DNA of 63,078 bases, the filler included. It is 13 parts of 13 records of this genome, joined end to end, with 100 filler letters (N's around TTAATTAATTAA, not from the genome) between each part and the next. Parts side by side here need not be neighbours in the genome. Positions count along the whole stretch, not along the records: positions 59,197 to 63,078 come from SRR15195285_2335; 12 more parts are not named here. One strand, given 5' to 3'. How positions within the stretch are numbered: position 1 is the first letter of the stretch; every line of letters begins with the position of its first letter. The notes under the pieces were generated by a model. It was not told the DNA's origin and did no database searches. It saw only the letters and a list, made by a program, of their open reading frames with translations. Below are positions 59,881 to 63,078 of the stretch, one piece after another. The position numbers were made by a program, and so were the translations under genes.

Positions 59881-60141
59881 ACGACGACGCTCGCCGGTGC
59901 AGGGAGTCCCGGGTGCTGCTCGTGTCATCGCTTCGTCGGCTGGCTGCTGGGCGTGACGCCATCGTCACCAACGAAGCCACATCGCATTGGCAGCGGACCA
60001 GTTGGAGCGGCTGGGCGCCTCCACCCGGGCGCCCAGCACCGACAGATAGAGTACACCAAGTGCCGGCAGAACGCCTGCACAGTTACCGTGCCCGCAGCTG
60101 GGTAGCCACACCGACGCTTCGCTCTGCATCCTTTGAAGACG

Positions 60142-60354
60142 ATGGCCGAAGAGCCACGCAAGCGGCCAGCAGCACCCAGTAGCGCGGCCGGCAGCGATGT
60201 GACCTCGGCGGAACCAAAAAAGGCAAAGAAGAAGAAAAAGAAGAGGAAGCAGGACCATGAAGAATGCGCAGGCACTGGCACGCTGGACCAGCTGTTCCTT
60301 GGGTTCTTATTCATGACCATTTGTCTCTTTGTGGGTATATGGTACCTATGGAAG
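60142..60354 (+). CDS. Small Lys-rich single-pass membrane protein, exon 1 (probable intron 60355-60464; 3' end uncertain)
   Basis: MAEEPRKR...KKAKKKKKKRKQ followed by TM 'LFLGFLFMTICLFVGIWYLWK'; GT donor at 60355 and a CAG acceptor at 60464 in compatible phase. Confidence 0.5.
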
Positions 60355-60622
60355 GTCCGTCCCCTCCCATCCTGCGCACGCTTTGGAACACGCCTGCATT
60401 ACCTAGCAATGCTTGGCCCTTAGATCTACTCGTGCGATTGAACTCCACTCGATGCTCATTACAGTTGCACGCACTCGCTGGAGCAGAGCAACAAGTTCAA
60501 ATTCCAGAAAAACCTGGTGTTGTAATCACATCATTTTGTCAAACCACGGCGATTTATTTTCGTGCGCCCGATCATAGCCCATTTTCACAACTGAGCCGAT
60601 CAAAATTCACAGAGCCGGCATG

Positions 60623-63078
60623 CTACTGCACCGCTCTGGCTCCTCTAGCTGCTTTTTGGTCGATCTTGAACTGGCGCAGGATTCGATCTAGTGCGACGGC
60701 AAGCGCTGCGAATCGTGGGCGCGTGTCCCGCAAGGCCAAGCATGCTGCGACTTGCGTGGACAACACTTCTCCGGCAATGCTAGGAAACTCGTTGATAGGA
60801 AGCAACGAACCTCCTTCTTTGTAGTAGTCGGACATCTGTAGATGTGCGATGTCCGGGTGCGTGATGACCTGCGGCTTCTCCACGAATGGCCGTTCTCGCG
60901 TGAAGAGCTCAAGCAACACCACTCCGTACGAGTAAACATCTGAAGCAGTGTCTGCCGCTCCCTGCTCCAGCAAGATCTCTGGAGCCAAGTAGTTGGCCGT
61001 ACCGGCGCCATCTGTCATAGCACCGTCACGGCGAGCCAGTCCAAAATCGCAGACCTTAACCCTCCCAGCCCGATCCACAAGCAAGTTGGCAGGCTTCAGG
61101 TCTCTGTGTACCACAGGCGGGGTTGCCTCGTGCAAGAAGGCCATTCCCTGCGCCGCGTCCTTGGCAATAGTCAGGGCCAGCGTGGTCGAGTAATGAGCTC
61201 GCTTTTCGCCATGCAGGATGGCCTCCACAGACATAGCGCAGAGCTCTGTGACGATGCAGAGATCTTTGCCAGCCCTACACCAGCCCATGAAGAGGACGAT
61301 ATTGGGGTGCCGGAGTTTGCGCAGCAGCTGGACCTCGCGACAGAAATCTTCTTCTACAGAACCACGCGCCATGCTGCCTGACACAATTAGTAGAAACCCT
61401 TGTGGCTTACCACCGGTATCGATGATGCGCTTCACCGCAACATCGCAGCCCTTGTAACTGCTGCGGTATACCACTCCGAATGCTCCCCTCGCTCCCTGCA
61501 GCGGTTGCCACGGCTTCTTCAGTTTGCTCTCTGGAATTTCATCCTCCTCCTGTAGTTCGAAAAGCTTGAAGTATGGGTCTGCAAGCGTCTGAACTGCCTT
61601 TATTCTCATGGTCGGGTCTGGGTGCAGCATCATCGCAATCAAGGAGGCTGCCTCAGGAGACAGCACGTGTTGCTCACCATCGCCGTTGCCACCCGCAGCG
61701 AGGACCCGAGCAGGACTGCGGCTTGCATCGTCTGCATTGTCTGCATCTTGGTTTGTGAGAGGTAGTTTCGGGCGAGGAGATTGCAACTGCTCCATAAAGT
61801 CTAGCTGTCGTTGCGCACGTTCTTCGACATCGGCCTCCTGCCATTCCGAACCCCACGCAACAATTCGAGCCTGCCGTTCGGTTTGCGTCTTGCGGTCTGT
61901 TGTTGGTCCACCTCCGCTCGAGCCCGCCGAGCTGCCTGAGACGGCTGCATCTCCAGATACCGTGTCAAATGGATGACTACCGCCGCTGAGCAGGTGAAAT
62001 AACACCAGGCCTGCGCTGAAAATGTCAGAAGCAGCACCCGCCTCAAGCTGTTGCAGTGCATCTGCATGAGCTTCACCGTCTGCGGCAGTGACATCCAGTT
62101 CCCAGATGGGGGGTTTCCAACCCAGCGTGCCCACATCGTCACCAAGTGTTGACATGCTGACCACAGCGTCGCGGCGTTTGCTCAAGCCCATATCACAGAT
62201 CAATAGTCTGGGCTCCCCGCTATCCGGAATGTCCACGAGGACGTTTGACGGCTTCAGATCCCTGTGCACCATGCTGACTTCTGCGGAGTGGAGGTACGTG
62301 AGTCCCTCCATCAGTTGCTTCGCCAGCTTGCGCTGCAAGGCCGGGTCACGCTGCGCTTGGGCTAGGAATACGCGGGCCTTAGGTGAGGCTATGGATAGCG
62401 AGGAGTGACATAGGTCCATAGCCAGGTACAGCAGACCATGTTCCATCTTGCATGTGTGGTAGTGAACCAAGCTCGGGTGCCTCAGGCTTCCTGATCTGTA
62501 AGCTTCCAGCTCTCTTAAGCTGCTCCGCTCTGTTGCGCTCATTCTCTTCACTGCACAGACCATGCCTCGGTAAGAGCCTTCAAATACCTGTCCTGTTGCA
62601 CCATCACCGAGGTGCCGCTGCGTGTACACAATCAGCGGATCGGTGGCCCCTGCATCAACCACCACCTGCTCGAAACTCTCACGACCTTCGGGCTGGTCTC
62701 GCATCAAAGCTATCATCTTCGACTCTGACTTAGACCGACCCCGTGGACTATCTGTACGCGGACTGGGCGTCTGCGCTGAGCCGCCTGTCGGTGCAGAGCT
62801 TTGGGCAGCCTTCGCGGACTGGAGCTCTTGTATGCCACGTGTCAGCGCCAAGCGATCACCAAGTGCTGTGATTCCAAGCTCATCCTTGAGCATGTTGTTG
62901 TCTAGCCATTCCAGCGCCGGGCCGTTAATACTATTATCGGCGAACGCCTTGATGCAGGCGTCCTTGCCGACCAGCCCGTTCAGGCTGCTGAGCCAAGCAC
63001 CGACCTGATCTACATCCCAGTCTGTCCACAAATCGAGGTCCAGCTTCACAGGCTCCGGCTCCGGCTCCGGCTCCGGCT
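60623..63078 (-). CDS. SAM domain + IRE1/RNase L-like kinase domain + TKL (Raf-like) kinase domain protein (5' truncated)
   Basis: SAM 'WDVDQVGAWLSSL...INGPALEWLDNNMLKDELGITALGDRLAL'. Kinase 1 LGDGATGQV, AVKRM, HRDLKPSNVL, CDMGLSK, GTLGW, DIFSAGLVLFHLLSGGSHPF. Kinase 2 GAFGVVY, VAVK, LRHPNIVLFMG, HRDLKPANLL, CDFGLAR, GTANYLAPE, SDVYSYG. Confidence 0.92.
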   Translation of the reverse strand, partial: PEPEPEPEPVKLDLDLWTDWDVDQVGAWLSSLNGLVGKDACIKAFADNSINGPALEWLDNNMLKDELGITALGDRLALTRGIQELQSAKAAQSSAPTGGSAQTPSPRTDSPRGRSKSESKMIALMRDQPEGRESFEQVVVDAGATDPLIVYTQRHLGDGATGQVFEGSYRGMVCAVKRMSATERSSLRELEAYRSGSLRHPSLVHYHTCKMEHGLLYLAMDLCHSSLSIASPKARVFLAQAQRDPALQRKLAKQLMEGLTYLHSAEVSMVHRDLKPSNVLVDIPDSGEPRLLICDMGLSKRRDAVVSMSTLGDDVGTLGWKPPIWELDVTAADGEAHADALQQLEAGAASDIFSAGLVLFHLLSGGSHPFDTVSGDAAVSGSSAGSSGGGPTTDRKTQTERQARIVAWGSEWQEADVEERAQRQLDFMEQLQSPRPKLPLTNQDADNADDASRSPARVLAAGGNGDGEQHVLSPEAASLIAMMLHPDPTMRIKAVQTLADPYFKLFELQEEDEIPESKLKKPWQPLQGARGAFGVVYRSSYKGCDVAVKRIIDTGGKPQGFLLIVSGSMARGSVEEDFCREVQLLRKLRHPNIVLFMGWCRAGKDLCIVTELCAMSVEAILHGEKRAHYSTTLALTIAKDAAQGMAFLHEATPPVVHRDLKPANLLVDRAGRVKVCDFGLARRDGAMTDGAGTANYLAPEILLEQGAADTASDVYSYGVVLLELFTRERPFVEKPQVITHPDIAHLQMSDYYKEGGSLLPINEFPSIAGEVLSTQVAACLALRDTRPRFAALAVALDRILRQFKIDQKAARGARAVQ
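63050..63078 (-). repeat. (GAGCCG)n Glu-Pro coding microsatellite at window end
   Basis: ggctccggctcc... on the + strand; the same kind of tract starts the contig at 36608. Confidence 0.9.

Noticed and set aside
1-63078. Gene cluster, operon or PUL-like interpretation of the CAZymes, transporter and channel
   Set aside because: The genes sit on separate contigs joined artificially and are intron-containing eukaryotic genes, so adjacency is meaningless.
1-63078. rRNA, tRNA, transposase, reverse transcriptase or viral hallmark genes
   Set aside because: None recognised by eye on either strand; tRNAscan, Infernal and RepeatMasker would be needed to exclude them formally.

Overview
This is not one continuous locus. 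It is 13 short eukaryotic contigs (about 3-8.5 kb each) joined by 12 artificial 100-bp spacers (N44-TTAATTAATTAA-N44), so gene adjacency across spacers carries no meaning. The DNA is GC-rich and gene-dense, with short GT-AG spliceosomal introns (mostly 75-155 nt, often GTGCG donors) and recurrent Glu-Pro (GAGCCN)n tracts. This fits a MAG/SAG of a heterotrophic protist, but the lineage cannot be determined here. Recognisable genes: an EGF + Frag1/DRAM-like membrane protein, a PWWP-UBA-KH-SRI-like protein, an Asp/Asn beta-hydroxylase-family enzyme, an SLC25 mitochondrial carrier, an EF-hand/HhH protein, an MDR oxidoreductase, an ABCA transporter, GH67, GH65 and GH31 hydrolases, a pectate-lyase-like beta-helix protein, a TRP-like channel, a large EGF/Cys-repeat surface protein and a SAM/IRE1-like/TKL double kinase. 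The most unusual items are: (1) an intronless membrane protein of more than 2,590 aa with about 40 TM helices built from repeated Cys-loop hairpins; (2) the SAM + IRE1-like + TKL tandem kinase with no RNase domain; (3) a 9-copy 'CDDCGxC' extracellular repeat with a nested insert; (4) a ricin-type lectin inserted inside GH67; and (5) a dispersed palindromic element (ACAC[A/C]GGGCATAAGG...CCTTATGC) at contig breaks. All domain calls are by-eye motif recognition; no searches were run.
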